Shown piece after piece: positions 40,239 through 49,578 of a DNA stretch of 64,000 nt. Position 1 is the first letter of the stretch, and each line of letters opens with the position of its first letter. Both the position numbers and the translations under genes were made by a program. Below the pieces are notes generated by a model. That model saw nothing but the letters and a program-made list of their open reading frames with translations. It made no database searches and was not told the origin of the DNA. The DNA is from Candidatus Eiseniibacteriota bacterium. Lineage in GTDB: Bacteria; Eisenbacteria; RBG-16-71-46. The stretch is taken from assembly GCA_963707915.1 (NCBI GenBank), contig OY970178.1, forward strand, positions 3,008,001 to 3,072,000, in the 5' to 3' direction.

Positions 40239-42227
40239 ATGCCGCTGATCCTCGCCGGGCTGGGGTTGCTGGCGCTGGGCGCCCTCGCCGCGCTGGCGGC
40301 TGCGCGTTCCCCGCGCTGGGCCACGCTGCTGGGCGTGGGCGGCACGGTCGCCGGGTGCGCCTGCGCCATGGTCCCGGTCGTGGGCGTGCTGCTCGGGGAC
40401 GCGCCCGCGACCCTGCGGATCCCCTGGAGCGTGCCGTTCGGTTCGCTCGCCCTCGGCCTGGACGGGCTCTCGGCCCTCTTCCTGCTGCCCATCCTCGCGC
40501 TCTCCGCCCTCGCCGCGCTCTACGGCGGCGAGTACCTCGGCGGCTTCCGCGGGCGCGCGGTCCCGGCGCGGGCCTGGCCGTTCTACGCGCTGCTGGTCGC
40601 CGGCATGACGCTGGTGGCGCTGGCGCGCAACGGCGTGCTGTTCCTGGCGGCGTGGGAGGTCATGTCGCTGTCGGCCTACTTCCTGGTGGTGCTCGAGGAC
40701 GAGACGCCGGCGGTGCGGTCCGCGGGCTGGACCTACCTGGTCGCCACGCACCTCGGCACCGCCTTCCTGATCGTGATGTTCGTGGTGCTGGGGCACCGGG
40801 CCGGTTCGCTCGACTTCGAGCGCTTCGCCGGCGCCCTGCCGCCCGCCGCGCCGCTGGCCGGGCTGGTCTTCGCGCTCGCCCTGGTCGGCTTCGGCACCAA
40901 GGCCGGCTTCATGCCCCTGCACGTCTGGCTGCCCGAGGCGCACCCGGCCGCGCCCAGCCACGTCTCCGCCGTGATGTCGGGGGTGATGATCAAGCTCGGC
41001 ATCTACGGCCTGCTGCGCACGCTGACCTTCCTGGGGCCGCCGCCGGCGTGGTGGGGCTGGACGCTGGTGGCCGTGGGCCTCACCTCGGGCGTGGTCGGAG
41101 TGCTCTTCGCCCTGGCCCAGAACGACTTCAAGCGGCTGCTGGCGTACTGCAGCGTCGAGAACGTCGGGATCATCGCGCTGGGGATCGGCGTGGGGCTGCT
41201 CGGCGTCCACTACGGCTCCGCGCCGCTGGCGGTGCTGGGCTTCGCCGGGGCGCTCCTGCACGTGGTGAACCACGCGCTGTTCAAGGGCCTGCTCTTCCTC
41301 GGAGCGGGCGCGGTGCTGCACGCCACCGGTACGCGCGAGATGGACCAGCTGGGCGGGGTGCTCAAGCGCATGCCCTGGACCGGGACGCTGTTCCTGGTGG
41401 GGGCGGCGGCGATCTGCGGCCTGCCGCCGCTCAACGGCTTCGCCAGCGAGTTCCTGGTCTTCCTCGGGGCCTACCAGGGCGTGCTGCACCCGGCCGCCGG
41501 CGTGGCCGGCCCGGCGCTGGCGGTGCTGGCCGGGCTCGCGCTCGTCGGCGGGCTGGCGGCGGCCGGCTTCGCCAAGCTCTTCGGCGTGGTGTTCCTGGGC
41601 GAGCCCCGCAGCGAGCGCGTCGCGCGGGCGCACGAGCCTGGCCTGGCCATGCGCCTGCCGATGGTCGCGCTGGCCGCGGGCTGCGCGCTGGCCGGCCTCG
41701 CGCCCGGCCTGCTGGTGGGGCGCATGGGAAGCGCGCTCGGGCCGCTGACCGGGCTGGCGGCAGGCAGCATCGAGTCGGCGCTGGCGCTGGCGGTCGTGCC
41801 GCTCACCCGGGTCTCGGCCGGGGCGGGCGTGCTGCTCCTGCTGGGCGGCGCGCTGGTGCTGTGGCGGACCCGGCGGACCGCCCGCGGGCCGGCGGTCGAG
41901 GCGCTCACCTGGGACTGCGGCTACGCCCGGCCGACGCCGCGCATGCAGTACACCGCCTCGTCCTTCGCGCGGCCGCTCACGCTGCTGTTCGGCGGGTTCC
42001 TGCGCACCCGCACCACGAGCGTGGCGCCGACCGGGCCCTTCCCGCGGGAGGCGGCGCTCGCCACCGCCACGCCCGACGTCTTCCGCGACGCGCTCTTCCG
42101 CCCGGTGTTCCGCCTGGCCTCGGGGACGCTCGCCAAGCTGCGCTGGCTGCAGCGCGGGCGCGTGCAGCTCTACGTGCTCTACATCCTGCTCACGCTCGTC
42201 GTGCTGCTGGTGTGGAAGCTGCGATGA
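40239..42227 (+). CDS. hyfB: Ehr/Hyf complex antiporter-like membrane subunit (HyfB-like)
   Basis: AWEVMS, GFGTKAG, HVWLPEAHPAAPSHVSA, KRLLAY, NHALFK, TWDCGY..RMQYT. Confidence 0.88.
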   Translation: MPLILAGLGLLALGALAALAAARSPRWATLLGVGGTVAGCACAMVPVVGVLLGDAPATLRIPWSVPFGSLALGLDGLSALFLLPILALSALAALYGGEYLGGFRGRAVPARAWPFYALLVAGMTLVALARNGVLFLAAWEVMSLSAYFLVVLEDETPAVRSAGWTYLVATHLGTAFLIVMFVVLGHRAGSLDFERFAGALPPAAPLAGLVFALALVGFGTKAGFMPLHVWLPEAHPAAPSHVSAVMSGVMIKLGIYGLLRTLTFLGPPPAWWGWTLVAVGLTSGVVGVLFALAQNDFKRLLAYCSVENVGIIALGIGVGLLGVHYGSAPLAVLGFAGALLHVVNHALFKGLLFLGAGAVLHATGTREMDQLGGVLKRMPWTGTLFLVGAAAICGLPPLNGFASEFLVFLGAYQGVLHPAAGVAGPALAVLAGLALVGGLAAAGFAKLFGVVFLGEPRSERVARAHEPGLAMRLPMVALAAGCALAGLAPGLLVGRMGSALGPLTGLAAGSIESALALAVVPLTRVSAGAGVLLLLGGALVLWRTRRTARGPAVEALTWDCGYARPTPRMQYTASSFARPLTLLFGGFLRTRTTSVAPTGPFPREAALATATPDVFRDALFRPVFRLASGTLAKLRWLQRGRVQLYVLYILLTLVVLLVWKLR

Positions 42228-43138
42228 CCGCGCTCTCCGTGCTGCCGCCGCTCTGCGCGCTGCTGCTGGCGCCGCTGCTGCCGGGCGTCGTGGCCCGCAC
42301 GCGCTGCTGGCTCACCGGGCGCCGCGGGCCGCCGTTGCTGCAGGCCTACGCCGACGTCCGCAAGCTGCTGGCGAAGGACGCGGTCTACAGCCGCACCACG
42401 ACCGGCGTGTTCCGCGCGGGGCCGCTGGTGGGCCTCGCGGCGGTGGCGACCGCCGCGGCGATCGTGCCCTTTGGCGCCGCGCCCGCGCCCCTGGCATTCC
42501 CGGGCGACCTCGTCCTGTTCTGCGGCCTGCTGGCGCTGATGCGCTTCGTCACCGTGCTCGCCGCGCTCGACACCGGCTCGGCCTTCGAGGGCATGGGCGC
42601 CAGCCGCGAGGTGCAGTTCGCCGCGCTCGCCGAGCCGGCGCTGGTGCTGGCGCTGGCGGTGGTGGTGCGCAGCACCGGGAGCCTGTCGCTCGGCGGCGCG
42701 TTCGCCGCGCTCACGCCGGCCGCCTGGGCGCACCAGGGGGCGGCGTTGGTGCTGGTGCTCGGCACGCTGTTCGTCGTGTACCTGACGGAGAACGCCCGCG
42801 TGCCGGTGGACGACCCGGGCACGCACCTCGAGCTGACGATGATCCACGAGGTGATGGTGCTCGACCACGGCGGGCCCGACCTCGGGCTCATCCAGTACGC
42901 CGCGGCGCTCAAGCTGTGGGTGCTGGGCGCGCTGCTGGTCGGCCTCGCGCTGCCGGTGCAGGGGCTGGTGCCCTGGGCGGGGCCGCCGGTCGCGCTCGCC
43001 GGGATGCTCGCGCTGGCGGTGCTGGTCGGCGTGGTCGAGACGGTGATGGCGCGGCTCAAGCTCGTGGCGGTGCCGCAACTGCTGGTCGGCGCGACCGCGC
43101 TCGCGCTGCTGGCGACGGTGCTGGTGATGCGGGGGTAG
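42224..43138 (+). CDS. hyfC: Ehr/Hyf complex NuoH-like membrane subunit (HyfC/HycD-like)
   Basis: GRRGPPLLQAYADVRKLL, DTGSAFEGMGASRE, ENARVPVDDP..HLELTMIHE. Confidence 0.88.
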   Translation: MTALSVLPPLCALLLAPLLPGVVARTRCWLTGRRGPPLLQAYADVRKLLAKDAVYSRTTTGVFRAGPLVGLAAVATAAAIVPFGAAPAPLAFPGDLVLFCGLLALMRFVTVLAALDTGSAFEGMGASREVQFAALAEPALVLALAVVVRSTGSLSLGGAFAALTPAAWAHQGAALVLVLGTLFVVYLTENARVPVDDPGTHLELTMIHEVMVLDHGGPDLGLIQYAAALKLWVLGALLVGLALPVQGLVPWAGPPVALAGMLALAVLVGVVETVMARLKLVAVPQLLVGATALALLATVLVMRG

Positions 43139-43161
43139 GGGGGAAGGAGGCACGCAGGCCG

Positions 43162-43665
43162 ATGGATTCGCCGGCCGTTGATCGCAAGCCCTGGTGGAAA
43201 GGGGCCCGGGGAGAGTGGTTCGTCGTCGTGCAGGTGGTCCTGATGGCGCTGGTGTTCCTCGGTCCGCGCACGCCGGCGGGCCGGCCCGCGTGGCCGTTCC
43301 CGTTCCCCCGCGCGTGCCTGGTCGCGGGCGTCGCCCTGATGGTCGCGGGCGCGGGCCTGCTCGGCGCGGGTCTCCTCCGCCTGGGGCGCGGGTTGACGCC
43401 GCTGCCGTACCCGAAGGACCGGGCCGTGCTCGTCCGGACGGGCCCCTACGCGCTGGTCCGCCATCCGATGTACGGCGGCGGCCTCGCCCTGGCCCTCGGC
43501 TGGGCGTTGTACGTCCAGGCCTGGCTCACGCTGGGATACGCGCTCGTCCTGTTCGCGTTCTTGGACGTGAAGTCGCGGCGCGAGGAACGCTGGCTGGTCG
43601 AGAGGTTCCCGGAGTACGAGGCCTACCGACGGCGCGTGCGCAAGCTCATCCCCTTCGTGTACTGA
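43162..43665 (+). CDS. Isoprenylcysteine carboxylmethyltransferase / PEMT family membrane protein
   Basis: LVRTGPYALVRHPMY, EERWL..FPEYEAYRRRVRKLIP. Confidence 0.85.
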   Translation: MDSPAVDRKPWWKGARGEWFVVVQVVLMALVFLGPRTPAGRPAWPFPFPRACLVAGVALMVAGAGLLGAGLLRLGRGLTPLPYPKDRAVLVRTGPYALVRHPMYGGGLALALGWALYVQAWLTLGYALVLFAFLDVKSRREERWLVERFPEYEAYRRRVRKLIPFVY

Positions 43666-43706
43666 CTCCGCGCCCGCGCGGGACCCATCCAACGGAGGCG
43701 ATCGTC

Positions 43707-44105
43707 ATGGTTCCCGGATCCGCGGGAGTGGCAGCGTACGTGATCGGGCTCGAGGAGGCCGCCCTGCGGCGCTGGTGCGACGGGGATCCCTCCGGCTTCC
43801 TCGAGATCTGCGCCGAGGACGTGGTCTACTTCGACCCCTTTCTCGAGCGCCGGCTCGACGGCCTGCCCGCGCTGGCGGAGTACTACGAGTCACTCCGCGG
43901 CCAGGTGCGCGCCGAGCGGTTCGAGCTCCTCGGTCCCCGCGTCCAGGTCGTGGGCGACGCCGCGGTGCTGACCTTCAACTTCGCGTCCTACGGCAGCGGC
44001 GGGGGCGCGTCCCGCTGGAATTGCACCGAAGTCTTCCGCCGCGCGGGCGAGGTTTGGCGGCTCATCCAGACCCACTGGTCGTTCACCAACGCCGGACGGC
44101 CGTGA
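43707..44105 (+). CDS. NTF2/SnoaL-like (DUF4440) domain protein
   Basis: DVVYFDP, PRVQVVGDAAVLTF, WNCTEVF..WRLIQTHWS. Confidence 0.8.
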   Translation: MVPGSAGVAAYVIGLEEAALRRWCDGDPSGFLEICAEDVVYFDPFLERRLDGLPALAEYYESLRGQVRAERFELLGPRVQVVGDAAVLTFNFASYGSGGGASRWNCTEVFRRAGEVWRLIQTHWSFTNAGRP

Positions 44106-44141
44106 GCGCCGCGGTCCGGTCCGTGGCAGGAGGGTAGGGGG

Positions 44142-45227
44142 ATGTCCGACGGTCCCGTGCTGCGTGCGCTCGGCTGGTCCCCGCGCTGGCAGGCGCTGTT
44201 CGAGCCCCACCGGGCGGCGGGCCTGACGCCCGGCCGCGTGATCCGCGGCGACCGCGGCAGCGTGCTGGTCGCCATGCCCGCCGGCGTCGCGCGCGCCCGG
44301 CCCTCGGCGCGCCTGCGGAAGGCCGCCGGGGGTCCGGCGGACCTGCCGGTGGTGGGCGACTGGGTGGTGGCGCTCGCTCCCGAGGACCTCGATGTCCCGC
44401 AGGTCGAGGCGGTGCTCGAGCGCGCCAGCGCGATCACGCGCGGCGATCCGGGCAGGACCTCCGACGTCCAGGTGCTGGCCGCGAACATCGACACGGTGAT
44501 CGTCGTCCACCCGGTCGCCGAACCGCCCAACCTGCGCCGCATCGAGCGGGAGCTCGCGCTGGCGTGGAGCTCGGGCGCGGTCCCGCTGGTGGTGCTCACC
44601 AAGGCGGACCTCTCCGCCGATCCGGACGCGGCGCGCGAGGCGGTCGAATCGGTCGCGCCCGGCGCGGCGGTGCTCGCGGTGAACGCGCTCGCCGGCGAGG
44701 GGATCGAGCCGATCCGCGGCCGCCTCGCGGGGGATCGCACCGCGGTGCTGGTCGGGCCCTCCGGCGCGGGGAAGTCCACGCTGGTCAACGCGCTCCTCGG
44801 GGAGCGGCGGCAGGCGACGTGCGAGGTGCGCGTGAGCGACGGGCGCGGGCGGCACACCACGGTGGTGCGGGAGCTGATCCAGGTCCCCGGCGGCGGCGTG
44901 CTCATCGACACGCCGGGGCTGCGCGCGATCGGGCTGACCGGCTCGGAGGACGGCATCGCGTCGGCCTTCCCGGACATCGAGCAGGTCGCCCGCTCGTGCC
45001 GCTTCCGCGACTGCGCGCACGGGGAGGAGCCGGGCTGCGCCGTCCGATCGGCCGCCGAGTCTGGTACGCTGCCGGCGGAGCGGCTGGCCAGCTACCACAA
45101 GCTCCGGCGCGAGGCGCAGGTCGCCGCCGCGAAGTCGGACGTCCGCCTTCGGGCCGAGGAGGAGAGGAAGTGGAAGATCATCCGCAAGGCGGCCCGCGCC
45201 CTCTACCGGCAGGGCGGCCGCGGTTGA
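44142..45227 (+). CDS. rsgA: Ribosome small subunit-dependent GTPase A
   Basis: VGDWV, AANID, LTKAD, GPSGAGKST, GRHTT, IDTPG, zinc site CRFRDCAH..EPGC. Confidence 0.92.
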   Translation: MSDGPVLRALGWSPRWQALFEPHRAAGLTPGRVIRGDRGSVLVAMPAGVARARPSARLRKAAGGPADLPVVGDWVVALAPEDLDVPQVEAVLERASAITRGDPGRTSDVQVLAANIDTVIVVHPVAEPPNLRRIERELALAWSSGAVPLVVLTKADLSADPDAAREAVESVAPGAAVLAVNALAGEGIEPIRGRLAGDRTAVLVGPSGAGKSTLVNALLGERRQATCEVRVSDGRGRHTTVVRELIQVPGGGVLIDTPGLRAIGLTGSEDGIASAFPDIEQVARSCRFRDCAHGEEPGCAVRSAAESGTLPAERLASYHKLRREAQVAAAKSDVRLRAEEERKWKIIRKAARALYRQGGRG

Positions 45228-45282
45228 GGGGCACGGAGGTCGGAGTGAGAGTGGTTCCCACGGTCGGCGCGGGCGAGCACGG

Positions 45283-45960
45283 ATGCAGCTGACCCTGCGC
45301 GAGGCGACCACCTACCTCGGGGTCAACGAGGACACGGTGCGGCGCTGGATCAAGAGCCGCGGACTGCCGGCGCACCGCGTGAACGAGCGCCTCATGCTCA
45401 ACGCGATCGAGTTGTGGGAGTGGGCGACCGAGAACGGCATCGCGGTGTCACGCGACCTGCTCGAGCGGGAGCGGGGCTCGCCCGAGTCGGTGCCGGCGCT
45501 CGGCGACATGCTCGCGGCGGGCGGCATCCACCACGACGTCGCCGGCGAGGACCGCTCCGCGGTGCTGCGCGAGGTGGTGGCGCGGCTGCCGTTGCCCGCG
45601 GGGACGGACCGCGAGTTCATCGAGGCGGTGCTCGAGGCCCGCGAGGCGATGGGCTCGACCGGGATCGGCGCCGGCATCGCCATCCCGCACGTGCGCAACC
45701 CGCTGCTGCTGGGCGCGGGCGAGCCGCGGGTGATGCTCTGCCTGCTGCGCCACCCGATCGACTTCGACGCGGTCGACGGGCAACCGGTCTACGCGCTCTT
45801 CACGGTGGTCAGCTCCACCGTGCCGGCGCACCTCAAGATCCTCGCCCGGCTCGGCTTCGCGCTGCACGACCCGGAGCTGCGCGGGCTGCTGCGGGACCGC
45901 GCGCCGGCCGCGGAACTCCTGGCCCGCGTGCGCGCGCTCGACGCGCCGCGGGGCGCCTGA
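45283..45960 (+). CDS. HTH_17 (excisionase-like) DNA-binding domain fused to a PTS EIIA(Ntr/Fru-type) domain
   Basis: LTLREATTYLGVNEDTVRRWI; REAMGSTGIGAGIAIPH (phosphorylatable His); DAVDGQPV; HLKILARL. Confidence 0.88.
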   Translation: MQLTLREATTYLGVNEDTVRRWIKSRGLPAHRVNERLMLNAIELWEWATENGIAVSRDLLERERGSPESVPALGDMLAAGGIHHDVAGEDRSAVLREVVARLPLPAGTDREFIEAVLEAREAMGSTGIGAGIAIPHVRNPLLLGAGEPRVMLCLLRHPIDFDAVDGQPVYALFTVVSSTVPAHLKILARLGFALHDPELRGLLRDRAPAAELLARVRALDAPRGA

Positions 45961-45962
45961 CC

Positions 45963-46604
45963 GTGGAACGGCTCGGCGACGCGCTCCTGCTGCTGGTGCT
46001 GCTCACCGACCTGGCGCTGCTGGTCACCGACCGGCTGAGCGCCTCGATCCGGCTGGTCGCGATCCAGGGCGTGCTGCTCGGGCTCGTGCCGCTCGCGCTG
46101 GCGCACGTGTTCTCGATCCACCTGGCCGCCATCGTGGCCGGGACGATCGGCATCAAGGCGGTGCTGCTGCCGCGCATCCTGCTGTGGGCGATCCGCGAGG
46201 CGGAGGTGCGGCGCGAGCGCCAGCCCTCGATCGGGCACCTGCCCTCGCTGCTGCTGGGGCTGGCGGTCACCGGCGTCGCCTTCGCCGTGGCCGGCCGGCT
46301 GCCGGCGGTGCCGGGCCGCTCGCTGCCGCTGCTGATCCCGGTCGCGCTCTCCACGCTGATGATCGGCTTCCTGCTGCTCACCAGCCGGCGCAAGGCGCTC
46401 TCGCAGGTGGTGGGCTACCTGGTGCTCGAGAACGGGATCTACCTGTTCGGACTCACGCTGGCGGACCGCCTGCCGCTGCTGGTCGAGATGGGCGTGCTGC
46501 TGGACGTGTTCGTGGGCGCGCTGATCATGGGCCTCGTGGTCTTCCAGATCCAGCGCGAGCTCGAGACGCTCGACTCGCGCGAGCTGTCGCAGCTCACCGA
46601 CTGA
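45963..46604 (+). CDS. hyfE: Ehr/Hyf complex subunit E (HyfE-like)
   Basis: Hydrophobic; IKAVLLP, RRKALSQVVGYLVLENGI, VEMGVLLDV. Confidence 0.85.
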   Translation: MERLGDALLLLVLLTDLALLVTDRLSASIRLVAIQGVLLGLVPLALAHVFSIHLAAIVAGTIGIKAVLLPRILLWAIREAEVRRERQPSIGHLPSLLLGLAVTGVAFAVAGRLPAVPGRSLPLLIPVALSTLMIGFLLLTSRRKALSQVVGYLVLENGIYLFGLTLADRLPLLVEMGVLLDVFVGALIMGLVVFQIQRELETLDSRELSQLTD

Positions 46605-48046
46605 TGCTCCTGCCCGCGCTGGTCCTGGTCCCGCTGCTCGGCGCGATCGCGGCCTACCTCGACCGCGCCGCCGCGCGGCGCTCGCTCTGGGTGGTCGCCG
46701 GGGCGCTCGCCCACCTCGGGCTGGTGACTCTGGCCTGGTGCCGGCGGCCGGCCCCGGCGGGCCCCGGCTGGCTGGCCTTCGACCCGCTCGGCGGGCTGGT
46801 GCTCACGCTCACCAGCGTCGTGTTCCTGGCGGTCGCGCTCTACTCGGTGGGCTACCAGCGGCACGAGCCGCTGCGCGGCGGGCGGGCCTACGCCAGCTGC
46901 CTGCTGGGCTTCCTGGCCGCGGCGTCGGTGGTCACGCTGACCCGGCACTTCGGGCTGCTCTGGGTCGCGATGGAGGCCACCACGCTCGCGACCGCCCCGC
47001 TGATCTACGACCCGGCCGACCGCCGCTCGCTCGAGGCGGTCTGGAAGTACCTGGTGGTCTGCTCGGTGGGCATCGCGGTCGCGCTGCTCGGCATCTTCTT
47101 CCTCGCCACCGCGCAGCTCGCGGGCGGCGGCGCCCCGGGGCGCCCGTTGATGCTGGAGGACCTGCTGGCGGCGGGGCCGCTCCTGCACCCGGCGTGGCTG
47201 CGGGGCTCGTTCGTCTTCGTGCTCATCGGCTTCGGCACCAAGATGGGCCTGGCCCCGATGCACACCTGGCTGCCCGACGCGCACGGCGAGGCGCCCTCGC
47301 CGATCTCGGCCTTGCTCTCGGGGGCGCTGCTCAATCTCGCGTTCCTGGCCATCCTGCGGGAGCTGGCGGTGCTGCGCGCGGCGGGGCAGGGCGGCTTCGC
47401 CGGCCCGCTGCTGGTCGGCTTCGGCCTGTTCTCGGTCGCGGTGGCGGCGGCGTTCCTGTTCGGGCAGGGCAACTACAAGCGCATGCTGGCCTATTCCAGC
47501 GTCGAGCACATGGGGATCCTCGCGGTCGGCGCGGGCCTCGCCGGGGTCGCGGCCTACGGCGCGCTGCTGCACGTGCTGAGCGCCTCGCTCGCCAAGGCGC
47601 TGCTCTTCCTGGTCGCGGGCAACGTGTGGCAGGCCACCGGCACGAAGCGCATGCGCGAGGTCACCGGCCTGGCGCGCCGCCTGCCGGTGAGCGCCGCGCT
47701 GCTGGTCGCGGGGTTCCTGGCCATCAGCGGCTCGCCGCCGTTCGGGCCGTTCCTGAGCGAATTCACGCTGCTCACCGGCGCGGTGCGCGCGGGCGCGACC
47801 GGGACCGTGGTCGGGCTGCTGTCGCTGCAGGCGCTGATCTTCATCTCGATGGGCTCGGCGGTGCTCGGCATGGTGCTGGGGCGCCCGGCCGCCACGGCCG
47901 CGCCGGCGGCGCGCGAGAGTCGGTGGCTGACGTTGCCGCCCGCCGCCCTGCTGGTGCTGGTGCTGATGCTCGGCGTGTGGATCCCGGCCGGGCTGCGCGA
48001 GGCGCTGGCCGCGGCCGCCGCCGGCATCGGGGGGACCGCGCCGTGA
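46604..48046 (+). CDS. hyfF: Ehr/Hyf complex antiporter-like subunit F (HyfF-like)
   Basis: WVAMEATTL, SLEAVWKY, GFGTKMGLAPMHTWLPDAHGEAP, KRMLAYSSVEHMG. Confidence 0.88.
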   Translation: MLLPALVLVPLLGAIAAYLDRAAARRSLWVVAGALAHLGLVTLAWCRRPAPAGPGWLAFDPLGGLVLTLTSVVFLAVALYSVGYQRHEPLRGGRAYASCLLGFLAAASVVTLTRHFGLLWVAMEATTLATAPLIYDPADRRSLEAVWKYLVVCSVGIAVALLGIFFLATAQLAGGGAPGRPLMLEDLLAAGPLLHPAWLRGSFVFVLIGFGTKMGLAPMHTWLPDAHGEAPSPISALLSGALLNLAFLAILRELAVLRAAGQGGFAGPLLVGFGLFSVAVAAAFLFGQGNYKRMLAYSSVEHMGILAVGAGLAGVAAYGALLHVLSASLAKALLFLVAGNVWQATGTKRMREVTGLARRLPVSAALLVAGFLAISGSPPFGPFLSEFTLLTGAVRAGATGTVVGLLSLQALIFISMGSAVLGMVLGRPAATAAPAARESRWLTLPPAALLVLVLMLGVWIPAGLREALAAAAAGIGGTAP

Positions 48047-49557
48047 GGCTTCCCGGGCCCGAGGGGTTCCGCAACCGCCGCAGCGTCCCGTGGGCGGAGG
48101 TGCCGTGCCGCGAGGTGGCGGAGTTCCGCGCGGAGGTCGTGGGCGCGATCGCCGGGGGCGCGCGGCTGGTGTCGTTCTTCGGCCTGCCCGAGGACGACAC
48201 CCGCACGCGCCTGCTCGCCGTGCTCGCCGACGACGGGCGCGCGGCGCTCGGGGCGAGCAGCGCGGTGGTGGGCACCGGCTATCCCGCCCTGACGCCCGAT
48301 TGTCCGCAGGCGCACCTGTTCGAGCGCGAGATCGCCGAGCAGTGCGGCGTCACGCCCGAGGGGCACCCGTGGCTCAAGCCGGTGCGCCGCCACCCGCCCG
48401 ATCACCTGCCGGCCGGGCGCGCCGTGGCCGCGACCGACCGCGAGGACTACCCGTTCTTCCAGGTGGCGGGGGAGGAGGTGCACGAGGTCGCGGTGGGCCC
48501 GGTGCACGCCGGCATCATCGAGCCCGGGCACTTCCGCTTCCAGGCCCACGGCGAGGACGTGCTGTTCCTCGAGATCGTGCTCGGCTACCAGCACCGCGGG
48601 GTCGAGCGCCTGCTCGAGACGCTGCCGCCCGGACGCGCCATGCTGGTGGCGGAGTCCATCGCGGGCGACACGGTGATCGGCCACGCCGAGGCGTTCTGCG
48701 GCGCGTTCGAGGCGCTGTCGCGCTGCCGCAAGACGCCGCGGGCCCAGGCGGTGCGCGGCTGCGCGCTGGAGCTCGAACGGCTGGCGAACCACATCGGCGA
48801 CCTCGGCGCGCTGGCCGGGGACGTGGCCTTCGCCCCCACCGCCGCGATCTGCGGGCGCGTGCGCGGCGACGTGCTCAACCTGCTGCTGGCGCTCTCGGGC
48901 AACCGCTTCGGGCGCGGCCTGGTGCGCCCGGGCGGCGTCGGTTTCGACCTGCCGGCCGGGATGGCCGGCGAGTTCCGCGAGCGGCTCGCCGCGATCGCCG
49001 CGGAGTTCGAGCAGGCGGCCGGGCTGTTCTTCGGGAGCGAATCGGTGCAGGCGCGGGTCGAGGGCACGGGCGTGGTGCCGGCCGCGAGCGGCGCCGAGCT
49101 GGGTTTCGTCGGCCCCACCGCCCGCGCGTCGGACCTGGCGCGCGACGTGCGCCAGGACCACCCCTGGGGGATCTACCGCTTCGCGCACATCCCCACCACG
49201 GTCGAGAGCTCGGGCGACGTCATGGCGCGCGCGATGGTGCGCACGGTCGAGGCGCGCCGCTCCTGCGAGTTCCTGCAGGAGCAACTGGCCGCCCTGCCGC
49301 GGGGCGGGGTGCTGCGGGTCGAGCCCGGCGAACTGGCGGCCGGCGAGCTGGTGGTGGCCCTGGCCGAGGGCTGGCGCGGCGAGATCGCGCACGTCGCCGT
49401 GACCGACGCGCTGGGGCGCGTGCGGCGCTGGAAGGTCACCGACCCGTCGTTCCACGACTGGACCGCGCTGGCCGTGGCGATGGCCGGCACGCCGATCTCG
49501 GACTTCCCGCTCTGCAACAAGAGCTTCAACCTGTCGTACGCCGGCCATGACCTCTAG
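48043..49557 (+). CDS. Hydrogenase-related large subunit (NuoC+NuoD/HyfG-like) lacking Ni-binding cysteines (EhrL type)
   Basis: FEREIAE, VGPVHAGIIEPGHFRF, HRGVE, ELERLANH, EGWRGE. L1 reads ESIAGD and L2 reads FPLCNKSFNLSYAGHDL, with no CxxC. Confidence 0.88.
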   Translation: MRLPGPEGFRNRRSVPWAEVPCREVAEFRAEVVGAIAGGARLVSFFGLPEDDTRTRLLAVLADDGRAALGASSAVVGTGYPALTPDCPQAHLFEREIAEQCGVTPEGHPWLKPVRRHPPDHLPAGRAVAATDREDYPFFQVAGEEVHEVAVGPVHAGIIEPGHFRFQAHGEDVLFLEIVLGYQHRGVERLLETLPPGRAMLVAESIAGDTVIGHAEAFCGAFEALSRCRKTPRAQAVRGCALELERLANHIGDLGALAGDVAFAPTAAICGRVRGDVLNLLLALSGNRFGRGLVRPGGVGFDLPAGMAGEFRERLAAIAAEFEQAAGLFFGSESVQARVEGTGVVPAASGAELGFVGPTARASDLARDVRQDHPWGIYRFAHIPTTVESSGDVMARAMVRTVEARRSCEFLQEQLAALPRGGVLRVEPGELAAGELVVALAEGWRGEIAHVAVTDALGRVRRWKVTDPSFHDWTALAVAMAGTPISDFPLCNKSFNLSYAGHDL

Positions 49558-49578
49558 CGCGCGCCCCGGGAGGCGGGA

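Noticed and set aside
45283..45450. Excisionase suggesting a prophage or integrative element
   Set aside because: The HTH_17 domain is fused to EIIA inside a metabolic operon. No integrase, att/tRNA site or phage genes are seen.
48043..49557. Second [NiFe]-hydrogenase (group 4) or formate hydrogenlyase
   Set aside because: Both Ni-binding CxxC motifs are absent and no formate dehydrogenase gene is nearby.
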